DNA of 63,867 nt, counting the filler, from Lenisia limosa (Eukaryota; Protista; Breviatea): the NCBI GenBank assembly GCA_001655205.1. It is 12 parts of 12 records of this genome, joined end to end, with 100 filler letters (N's around TTAATTAATTAA, not from the genome) between each part and the next. Parts side by side here need not be neighbours in the genome. Positions count along the whole stretch, not along the records: positions 38,752 to 41,418 come from LPNZ01002691.1; positions 41,519 to 49,417 come from LPNZ01010506.1; positions 49,518 to 52,887 come from LPNZ01001510.1; 9 more parts are not named here. One strand, given 5' to 3'. The position numbers and the translations under genes were made by a program. Within the stretch, counting starts at the first letter, position 1, and every line of letters starts with the position of its first letter. Shown piece by piece: positions 38,900 through 49,748 of the stretch. The notes below the pieces were generated by a model. The model saw only the letters and a list, made by a program, of their open reading frames with translations. It ran no database searches and was not told the origin of the DNA.

Positions 38900-41340
38900 T
38901 AATTGTGTTCATGCCATGGGGCCACAGCCTCTCTTTTCTAACCCCTTCACCCCACCCTTATTACCCCAATTAGGAGTGCTACGACTGTATTTGGCAACGA
39001 ACAGCCCTCGAAACCCTAGGTTCCTGTGGGCGGCGGGGTATTGTGAGGTCCTTAACTATGTCGTTGATTCGAATTATTTTGGTTAATTCAATTTTCTGTG
39101 ACTGTCTTTTTTTCATGTTACGGTCAACTTTACGACAATGTAAGTCGTAAAAAAGGACATATGAGAACGACATTAATTCGAATTAACGACATAATTTTGG
39201 ACCTTGCATATATACTATGATACAGTATGTCATCACACTGTATATTATATTGCAAGTATATGCATCTGCATATCTACATATTACACTATGCATACAATAA
39301 ATGGAATATAGTTGATTTCGGGCTTTTTAGTTTCATAGATTGTCCAATTTCACTCTTCAGCTCACGAACTGTACACCTTAAGTGGGGTGGAAGCCTCCGT
39401 AGTCGAGGCCTGTCGGCTCTACTGCGCCACCATGGAGCAGAGTGGGTGGATATATGGCTGATGTTGTATTATGATGAAGATGTTAAAGAGTTGGATGAAT
39501 TAGTATTGGCCAGATACCACCTTGTTTGATTTCGAATTTCGACATCTAATAAATACCATATGATACTGTCCCAAAATCCGGTAAAATATCGATACTAACA
39601 AGGATTTATCCAGAAATTCCTTCTTCTGGGATCCAAGTTTTTAATGGCCCTTCTTTATTCCCATTCTATTTCACAACATTTCCAGCACTTTCCATTTTTA
39701 CAAAAGCGTATGTTGCTGAAACACAGAGCAGTAAACCATCCACATATTCCTTCACACTGTAGTCGGAGGAGAAGCCGTGATATCACCAACAACCGCTGCC
39801 ACTTCTGTTACGGGCTCCGTGAGTCTGAGTGTCGCCTTTCTCAGCGCTCAAACGGGTGGGAAGGGAGGATTGATGATTATGATACAAGTGATAATGGGTT
39901 ATTTTTAAGTAGGGCTTTCCTGAGATCGAAATATCGATAGTTATCAAGCATTTTTCGAGAAATTTGGTCGAAGCCCAATTTATAAAGGGAGTTATTTGAA
40001 AGTGATAGGGTAAGTCTAAGTATCATCTTTGACCATCTCAAGCTGATGGGAGGGAGAGTAGTGGTCATAATGGGGACTGGAAAGTTGGGTTTTTATGGGT
40101 TAAATAGTCCAACAAATCCATAAGAAATGATGATATGGGTTGTTATTAGTGCGACTGGGGGTGGATTGGGTGATATTGGATTATTGGGGTAACAATACGA
40201 CTAGACCAATTTCTTCTGGAGTTGGGATTACCGGGAATGTGACTGTTTAGTGAACATGACTCATTGTATGGTCTTACAAATTTGTTGAATAGCTTTTCTA
40301 GCCAGCGTTTACCTTTATCAGGCCACTATGTTCTTCGTTTCTCTTCTGGTAGCACCACTGCAACGTCCCAGCCTTTCCGAGTTAGAAATGTCCTGTTGAC
40401 AGTGGAGGTAGGGTGTTAATGTTTCCGATTTCTCTCATGTCAGTGGAGGAGACCGGCAAAACACTTGTTTGAATTTAGGTATATTTTGGTGACATCCGAA
40501 ACAATTGATACAACCTGCTTTAACCCTCGAAGCCAACCGCTTTCGTGTACGGAACGAGACAGCATTAAGCGCATTCTTGTTTTCTCTTGATTATCAAAAT
40601 CTTATTTCTGTTGATTTTCCCTGTTTGTTGGCCCACCATAAACACGCTTATCTTCCGCTTTAGATTGAGACAACGGATATGGAATCATACTTTTACCCCC
40701 CCCCCTTTCGATTGAGAGCGACTCGCTTATCTCCTCTTTAGATTAACGTGCTTATTTAACCATTATCATTAACACATATTTACTCCCTCTTCAGATTGAA
40801 AGCGACATTCAGCCGATCGTAGATGAAACCGGGAACGAGAAACCCATTTCCGTGGGAGGGATATTATGGGATGGCTAGTTATGTGGACGACTTCGGCCAG
40901 ATACAACCTTATTATTTATTTCTCATTGCTATATACATGTATATTCAGCCTCTTGGTTGATCCAACAATATTGCATATTAGGAATGTGGTGGAACAATGA
41001 AGAAGGTAAATGGTGGTATATGGGGTGTTTTGTGCTTCACTTCGGTTCTTTAAAAGACTGAATTTCTCGATAAATCTTCGAAATTGTCCTATCTTTTTCG
41101 ACTAGAGTGGGGCCCTAACTATTCTTAACGTCTCAAGGTTGATCCATCCGGAACCCTCGGGTTGACTATGCAACAACCACGCATCAAGGTGGGCCTGGCT
41201 TGTCTAATCTTCAGCATTCCTTCAAAGCAGGAACTCATCATAATCCTCCCGGTTTATGATAGTCCCTCACCCCCCCCCCCAGGCGGTTCTGGACGAGTCC
41301 TTCGAATTCTCCAAGGTCGGCCTCACCCAGGCTGAAATGA
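38770..41340 (+). CDS. Hypothetical multi-exon protein fragment (beta-rich, Ser/Thr-rich)
   Basis: AG/GT-bounded exons: VGGEAVISPTTAATSVTGSVSL, GHYVLRFSSGSTTATSQPFRV, VDPSGTLGLTMQQPRIK, AVLDESFEFSKVGLTQAEMK. Confidence 0.4.
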
Positions 41341-41878
41341 AGTGGGGGGAGAGTTATTCTTTGTATTAATATGATAGACTGTCTTATATATAGTATATGA
41401 GATAGTAGATATAATATANNNNNNNNNNNNNNNNNNNNNNNNNNNNNNNNNNNNNNNNNNNNTTAATTAATTAANNNNNNNNNNNNNNNNNNNNNNNNNN
41501 NNNNNNNNNNNNNNNNNNAATCATAAATGACACGGTTTCTCATAAATGACACGGTTTCCGTGCAGCAGCATATCATATAGTAGATAATCTATACATACAA
41601 TCCTTAAAATGTCAAAAATCCGATTTCCCTTAAGAAATAACATTTCGGTCAAGACTTATCCTGGCCACTGATTGCTCGACAGAACCTTTTTCTGTGGGCA
41701 TTTTGTTCACAATATGTAATTGACTGATTGCTGTTCTCTTTTTTTTGAAAAAAAGGAGCACTTTCAAATAGTAGGAAATAGAAAGTAAGATCAAAGCTGA
41801 CAACAAAAAAAAAAAGAGGGGGAGGAGGGTAACGTTTCAAAAAAACGAATAAGGCCATTTTATATTGTCGCCCCCCAC

Positions 41879-44800
41879 GGCATGAGACGAGGCCGACACC
41901 ATGCTGCGCTGCCTTCCAGAGGCCGGAAGCCCGGCGGCAGTTTCAGCAGTCCGCTCCTCAATCTGCACCATCAAACCCGGGTGATGTTTTCATACCCCAT
42001 CCTGACTCATAAAGCCGTTTATATGGGTGGTGGTAATGTGATAACGAGTAATTGTCAGTGTATTAACTCACTTCGGACTCAAGGTTGCGATATAACACGC
42101 GGAACTGTAGGAGAAGCTCTCTCATCATTCTCAAATTTGTGATCTACACGGGTGAATGCATTCTCTCCAAACAAGATAAGGAAGAAAGAGCACCATTAAA
42201 AATGTAAATATTAATCAGAACCATAGTGCTTACGGGAATATCATCATTCTCTCCCGAAATGAACATTCGAAGTTCGCGGACAAGCTCGTACCTATATGAG
42301 TAAGATATTGTGAAATCAGTAACTCCCTTCAGTCTCTTACAGCTTTCTACCCCCTTGCAAACCGTTCCTCTTACAGCTTTCCACCCCCTTGCAAACCGTT
42401 CCTCTTACAGCTTTCTACCCCCTTGCAAACCGTTCCTCTTCTGAAAATGGGTCGTATTGGATATGACTGCGGCCGGCAAGAGAGTCGTGCATCGCCAGCT
42501 CCCTCTTCAGCTCCTGGATGTCTCTTTCGTATTTCTTAACTAGAAGCTGGGGAGGGGGGGGGGGNNNNNNNNNNNNNNNNNNNNNNNNNNNNNNNNNNNN
42601 NNNNNNNNNNNNNNNNNNNNNNNNNNNNNNNNNNNNNNNNNNNNNNNNNNNNNNNNNNNNNNNNNNNNNNNNNTGTGTACAATTGAGTTGTATCAGAGAT
42701 TCCATGATGAAAAAGGACAACAATTTAACTCGTAAATATGAGAAAAATGCGAGCATAAACTGAAAAAAAATTGCGCGAGCGTGGCTCTAAAAAAATTAAA
42801 TTTTCGCGATAAAGTTTGCTGATCTTACAAAAAAAACAAAAAAAAATTTTTTTTTTTTTCTTTGTTTCCCTTCATAAACAAGTGAGTATATCTCAGAAAT
42901 ATATTACTGTTTTGAAGGGGAACAGCTGATTTAGCGACCGTAAATAATTAACGACATAATTTTGGACCTTTAGCATATACTATTTACAGAGACTGTGATA
43001 AGTCTTGCAATTTGCTATATGATTTCCCAAGGAAAATAGGTCAAGACTTATCCCTCCCACCACAGGGTCGTACTCAACATTGACGACAGCATGGGTTTCG
43101 ACTCGCATCATACGGGTGGCAAACCGCAGAGTGCTGATAGTTTCCTCAATATGACGTGCTTCGGCTGGGGGGGGGGGGGNNNNNNNNNNNNNNNNNNNNN
43201 NNNNNNNNNNNNNNNNNNNNNNNNNNNNNNNNNNNNNNNNNNNNNNNNNNNNNNNNNNNNNNNNNNNNNNNNNNNNNNNNNNNNAGCCTTGGCGTGTTTT
43301 AATATCACACACTTTTTAAAACAATTGACCCCCCTTACGCCAAATATTTGCAATCAGAAGGGTCTTGCAGTTACCTCCCAAACTGTCCTTCAACACATTG
43401 GTAAGTTTGGACTGTCTGTATGGAATGTGGTCTCTGCATAGGGAATTAAGGTGGGTTAATGAAACGTGGCAGTACTGAGCACAAATAAATTATTCTCCAA
43501 AAAAAGACCATATCAACAAATTCAGTTTCATTGGGACCAAAATGAAAGAACATTTCCTCCGTACCTGCGCTTGTCGGCAAGAGCTATGACGACTTGCTCC
43601 AAGAAGGACAGGGACTTGTTGATGTCTAATGAGTAAACCCAATACATGGCCACCATCAATACATTAAACAACAGGAAAGTTCCATGGCATAACCATCATG
43701 ATTAGGGCTTCACTTCAGTTCAAAAAAAGACAGAATTTCTCGACAAATCCTCGAAAACTATCGATATTTTATCGGAATTTTTCGAACTGAAGTGAAACCC
43801 TAATCATGATGCATTGAATTCTGTCCAAAAGCCTACACATGGCCTCCTTCAAGATAATTCCTTCGGAGTTGGTCTTGGCCACACGTTCGGATCCCTGAAT
43901 TAAAGCGTTATTCCAATGACTATGAATTAGACGATACTACTCAGCTGGTCGTATTCAATGAACCAAGAAACTCTGTACATAAGACACCACCCCCCNNNNN
44001 NNNNNNNNNNNNNNNNNNNNNNNNNNNNNNNNNNNNNNNNNNNNNNNNNNNNNNNNNACTCTCCACACGCGACCGCTTCGACAAGTGGATGGTGAACACG
44101 CAGTGTGAGCGTGAAGACTGCATGTTGAGCGTGTGCGCGCCGACCGACCGGTTTGTTTCGCCTTCGAAGAGGTAGTGCAGGGCATCTTCTTCTGACGTTG
44201 CCACCGGAATGGACAACCCCTTGACGTGAGTCTGGCCCTGGCTATCTTCGGCCACCTGATGAGAGTTACAATAATAATAAAAACATGAAACAAAAAAAAA
44301 AACAATCAACTCCGTTGACTAGCATTTGATACCTAAAAAAGAAAAAAAGACCAGGTCAGTCGCTTCTGATCGCATAACTTCAGCGTACGGGAGGGGGGGG
44401 GGTGAATAAATGCCAAATGAGAAAGCAAAAACCATATTATAAAACAATTTATGGGGGAAATACTCAAAAGGAACACGCCGACCTGAAGAGAGGCATGCAG
44501 CTCATCGTCACTTGAGAGGAGGTCAACCATGGTCTCGTTGTAGATCTCCAAGTAACTAGATGTGATCAAAGGGAAAGGCGGCATTTTAATTACGAATTTA
44601 CAGCAAAAGAATGATGTGTGGAAACCAGCCCCCCACGAGATTCTGATTTCGAAGGCCGACTCCGGTCTGTTATGGACTTCCTGGAAGATTTGCTGGATAG
44701 CCCGAGGGATGAGACCCCTATGCTTGAAGTTCTCGGTGGCGCTGAGGGAGTAAAATTGGATGATAATAAGGGCTTCACTGCGGTCCGAAAAAGACCGTTT

Positions 44801-45908
44801 AAATATTTTATCTAGAAATCCTGTCTTTTTTGGGACAGTAGGGAAGTCCTAATGATAATATAAAGAGGTCGGAGATCATCATTAGAAAGCAAACGAGGAA
44901 AAAGGCAATTTTTGGTGATGAAAGCAGAACTGAAGCAATACCCTGAAATAACACAAAATATTCTAGTTAATAAACCAAAGAAAAGGAGAAGAAATAAGAG
45001 GGGAAGGAAGAATTGGCATAAAAATATGGGGTAAATGAGCTTTTGTTATCATAATTATAACACTCATTATACATGAGATTCAGAATGCCTCCCCCCTATA
45101 CCCAGTGGTAGTGAAGGTTTTACCCGCACCGGTCTGTCCATACGTAAAGACGGTGGAGTTGAATCCATCAAGAACCTGGGGGGGGGGNNNNNNNNNNNNN
45201 NNNNNNNNNNNNNNNNNNNNNNNNNNNNNNNNNNNNNNNNNNNNNNNNNNNNNNNNNNNNNNNNNNNNNNNNTTACTCGAACAAAGAAATCTAAGACCAT
45301 ACCAATCTTGAAGTTAACTCCAAAACTATGTGTTCACATTGCCAATTCATATCATCCACCAACCTTTTCTAAGGCCGACTGTCCGCAAACATTGTACACT
45401 TCGTCCTGTGAGGAATTGTGCATAATCTGGGGGGGGGGGCGTAAGGCATTTCACGGTCTTCGGGTTGCTAGAAAAAGCCAAGATAATAATATTACTTGAT
45501 TAGGTGTGTTTATTATTGTGGTAGGGTTGGAAGTGGATATTTGGTAGCACGGAAATGCCAGTTAAAATGTGGTCATCATATGATAGAGTTGATTCGTTAA
45601 CCATCACATTAGCTCCGTTCCAATTATGGGAACTATCAAAACACCTCACTCCACTGAATCCTTCAGCCCAATTGAACATACCCTGTCGACAGCGAATTTC
45701 CATGAGTCGGTCTGGTTGTTAATGTAGTCACGGTCACGCTTGCGGTCCTGCTTGAGACTGATCGTCTGGGGCGTGAAGACAGTGAAGGCACTTAAACCAT
45801 CCGGCTTGCCTTACCAACCTTTCCATCTTCTCCAAACTGCAGAAGACCCTTCGCAAACTCGGCGGTGGGCCTTGTTCGCACGAAAACTTCAACTGTATTG
45901 CCTCCCAT
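41879..45908 (-). CDS. KIF9: Kinesin-9 (KIF9/KLP1-like), motor domain plus neck/coil, 3'-partial
   Basis: [26 protein letters not shown] (P-loop), [89 protein letters not shown]. ATENxKHRG and LAxHDSL are kinesin-9 features as recalled from KIF9. Confidence 0.93.
42334..42440. repeat. Tandem repeat, 34-bp unit x ~3.2, spanning a KIF9 donor site
   Basis: Units start at 42334, 42368 and 42402. Confidence 0.9.
43703..43802. mobile_element. MITE-A copy in a KIF9 intron
   Basis: Perfect TSD ATCATGAT (43695-43702 / 43803-43810); 100 bp long. Confidence 0.95.
44768..44851. mobile_element. MITE-A copy in a KIF9 intron, mixed TIR subtypes
   Basis: Perfect TSD ATGATAAT (44760-44767 / 44852-44859). 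Confidence 0.93.
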
Positions 45909-46210
45909 CGCAACCAATTGACTAGTCTATTTCTTTATAGTTTTCTCTGCTTCAATATATACTTTTGAAATTGATTCAATGGAAAGGGCGAAAAAACGCC
46001 GACAAAAACAGATAGTCTTTTTTCGCCGCCGGAGTTGCTTATAGTTTGTTTTTGGGTCAATTTAACCCTTTTCCACCCTAACACATTAACATCGCACGCA
46101 ATTGAATATTNNNNNNNNNNNNNNNNNNNNNNNNNNNNNNNNNNNNNNNNNNNNNNNNNNNNNNNNNNNNNNNNNNNNNNNNNNNNNNNNNNNNNNNNNN
46201 NNCGACACAG

Positions 46211-48628
46211 AGGACCATTTCCTTCTTGAAACCACCGTTACCTCAGCAGTCAACCAGGCTCTGGCTGATGTCTCTAATCTCTACAACCTGCGAATGAGGT
46301 AACTTTGGTACATATACGGCATTGTTCATTTCTTGAATGCTTGTTTAATCCAATATTTTTCAATAATAATTACAAATAATCTTTTTTATTATTATTATTC
46401 TTTTATATGATATTTGTTTGTGGTATTTAATGACAGATATCATTTATTATTTGATAGTTGAACTAGTATCATATGACCCAACAATTTTACAGAATAATTT
46501 GTTTTTCATTCTCGAAACGTAAAACAGATGGAGTTTTGCCCTTGTTTTAGCCATTCCACATCTTATACAGTATAATTTGTTTTATTTCGAAGTTTTATTC
46601 CAAACATAAGAAAATAGAATGCAGACTATTGAATCAACTGATGTGATCTTTTTTGGATTTGAACTTGATGTTCTACAGAGTCAACTAACTGCAGGCCTTG
46701 TCTCACCCCCCCCCCCCCNNNNNNNNNNNNNNNNNNNNNNNNNNNNNNNNNNNNNNNNNNNNNNNNNNNNNNNNNNNNNNNNNNNNNNNNNNNNNNNNNN
46801 NNNNNNNNNNNNNNNNNNNNNNNNNNNNNNNNNNNNNNNNNNNNNNNNNNNNNNNNNNNNNNNNNNATCGACGAGTCGGTGGCGTCTTTGGCCATTGAGG
46901 AGAAACCCGCACATGCCACACGTGACGGAAAGGGTGGGACTTGTGATTTGGGCTTCACTTCGGTTTGAAAAATAGACTGAATTTCTTGATAAATCCTTGA
47001 AAACTATACCAAGCATTTAAGCTTAATCATACTAAATAGGGGGTTATGACTCATAATCCCACAGTGCCGAGCGGGGAGTTGGCTGCGGACGTAAATTCAG
47101 CTCTTGAGGAAGCCAAGGCGTACATCAGCGTTGTGAGTGGGGGGGGGGGGTTGNNNNNNNNNNNNNNNNNNNNNNNNNNNNNNNNNNNNNNNNNNNNNNN
47201 NNNATGAAGTCTCTTGACACTCTTCATATCACCAGGAAAAATGCGCTGCTCGTAAGCCCATCACATTTGCTGAAGCACAGGTTTATTTTGATAAAATCAA
47301 AGAAACGGTTGAAAAAGCTTTTCCTGAAGGTAAGCCCAGTTACATTCCAATATCTCCTTCCTTTACGCCATTCCAACCAAGCCGGACTAATTTGATTCAG
47401 GTCTCCCCGCTTTTGAACCAGTTCACGGACTTCTGAGTAACGTTGCGCTTGTCAGTGACCTTGACCCTGAAACGTCCATGGGATGGTGGTGTGTATGCGG
47501 GGGTGTCAAAATATAATTCTTGACAAATAGTGGCAACCTGGATTTTTACTCAGCTCAAATGTCATATAACAGTGTGATGATAGTCTGTGTTTTGTTATAT
47601 TTCACTATTTTACTATTGTTTTCTTTCAAAGGCATTTATCTTCTTTTCTATGTTCAGCCTTTTGTGAATGGTATTTACGCCCACAGTCAAAGTCAATGGA
47701 TCGCTCCAAGCTGCTTTCAGACGTTGTGGGCAAGAACGAGAAAACAAAGATCATCTTGAAAATGACAAAGGTATATATACGTTCAAGAATTATTTGCTTA
47801 CTTTTGTTGGCGTAAATCTTTGTAATAAGATCCCCAAGATTCCACTTATTCCTGACAGAAAGGATCCGCCACCCCCGTGCAGGAGCCGACATTAGATCCG
47901 GTGGCACAGCAGAATATGGTCAAGTATTGGCACCAGAAGCAAGAAGATGAGAAGGTCTGTGTTGGCAGTTATCCTATTATGTAGTGTATCATTTGCATTA
48001 CAAATCTGTGCTCACAGCTTTCTGTGTGCCTCCCCAGCATGTTATCCTATTATGCAACACTGTGGTTCATCTTGGGTATATGAGTTTCATTGAGATGACC
48101 AGGTGGATTAATATTTTACTGTAACCCAATACTAACTCTAAGACCGGTTATCAGGAAGATACTAGCTTGTTTATTTCTCCACTCAATGTGATCTTGTTTT
48201 CTGTTTTTCTGCCATTTCCTTGACTCCCTCATTGTGGCAGAAAATGGCGGAGTCAGCACTTGACGATGACCATCTCAGTAGCGAATGGGCCAATCCAAAC
48301 GGGCTGAGGTGAGGCTAGGCTGGTGAGGATTGTGAGTGCTGACAACAAAGCTCATTCGAGTTGTTGTAGAGCAGACCAGGTTTTTTTTTTTTTGCAGTAC
48401 AGTCTCTATTGAAACTAGGATCATAGAGATCCGGCGGTTGAATAATACAAGAAAAATACCTTCCCTCATAGTGCATAATGTGCAAAAAAAAGTATACCAT
48501 AAGGGAGACATGTCATGTGATGTATTGTGGAAATAAGAATAGGATTATGTTTCATTATACTTATGCATCTGAATTAAAACTTCAGGTCGCAGCTCAATGG
48601 CACGAATAACATTTCACTGAAGCTTTAG
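46211..48628 (+). CDS. CFAP298: Cilia- and flagella-associated protein 298 (C21orf59/Kurly); first exon probably in the gap
   Basis: Exons EDHFLLET..YNLRMR, ALEEAKAYIS, AFPEGLPAFEPV, LSDVVGKNEKTKIILK, QEPTL..MVKYWHQKQE and SEWANPNGLR..* are colinear with CFAP298 as recalled. Confidence 0.88.
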
Positions 48629-48669
48629 TGGTGGTGAGGTATTAGGGTATGGTTAATGTAGGCTTGTAT

Positions 48670-49370
48670 TATAGTATTATGGTGGTTGTCCAGTTTGTTG
48701 TTGTTGTAACATTTCCCGAAGTCCGGAGAGCCTTTTCTTGAGTCGACATTTACTGGTCTGGAGTTTCAGAGTTTCTACTTATCTATAATTAAATGCAGAA
48801 ATTTATGATATGAAAGACCTCATTCCAAATCAGTAAGAAATCTGAAATAGAAAAGAAGAAAATTTCCGTATTTTTGCCAGGGCACAAGAGATTCCTTAAA
48901 ACCTTTTGCCATTCTGTCGTTGAATTGAACAATAAACCCGCATCATCTGGGCATTGAAGGAATTCGCCCTTCGTTTAGCCTCGTTCCCTTGTGGGTAGAT
49001 ATTGTTGTTTCTGACAAAAGTCTTCCTCCTGAATTCATTTTGTTCTAAGAAATTACTAGATCTATCTATTTATTTCCATTTCCAAAACTAAAATCGAAAA
49101 ATGACTGAATATTTAATGAACAAAATTTACAAACACAACCACTACGACATATTTCACTTTTCTGCAGCGTATTGTATAGTGAGGAGAACCCAATAATTGA
49201 ATCTAAGAAGGTCCAAACAACGAAAGTGACACTTACTTTGCCGCCCACTCCCAACATATTTGCCGCGTCACCCTCGTCCCAAGGCTCTAAAACCCGTCAC
49301 CTCGTTCCTCCTCAACACACTGGATGACTTGCTCTTGATTTTCTTTACTGGCGCACAATGTCGAGCAGCG
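48670..49370 (-). CDS. 3' end of a hypothetical protein
   Basis: Short minus-strand exon-like segments ending ETLKLQTSKCRLKKRLSGLREMLQQQTGQPP*. Confidence 0.25.
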
Positions 49371-49628
49371 CTGGGGTGGGGGTTTCCCTAGCCAACCTCT
49401 CCAATTTGGACTCATTGNNNNNNNNNNNNNNNNNNNNNNNNNNNNNNNNNNNNNNNNNNNNTTAATTAATTAANNNNNNNNNNNNNNNNNNNNNNNNNNN
49501 NNNNNNNNNNNNNNNNNGGGGGTGGGGGGGGGGGGGGATGAAAAGAGTGTTCAATTAAAGAGGAGGAATATAACAGTATGATATTTGAGTCAGCGCTGGG
49601 CTTTATAATGGCTCAAAAGCATCAACAT

Positions 49629-49748
49629 AACCATGGTTCAGGATCAACAACACAACGACCTTGCTTTTAACCATGGTTCAGGATCAACAACACAACGACC
49701 TTGCTTTTAACCATGGTTCAGGATCAATAACACAACGGACCTTACTTT
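49629..49748. repeat. Tandem repeat, 40-bp unit x ~3, spanning an acceptor
   Basis: AACCATGGTTCAG|GATCAACAACACAACGACCTTGCTTTT. Confidence 0.9.
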
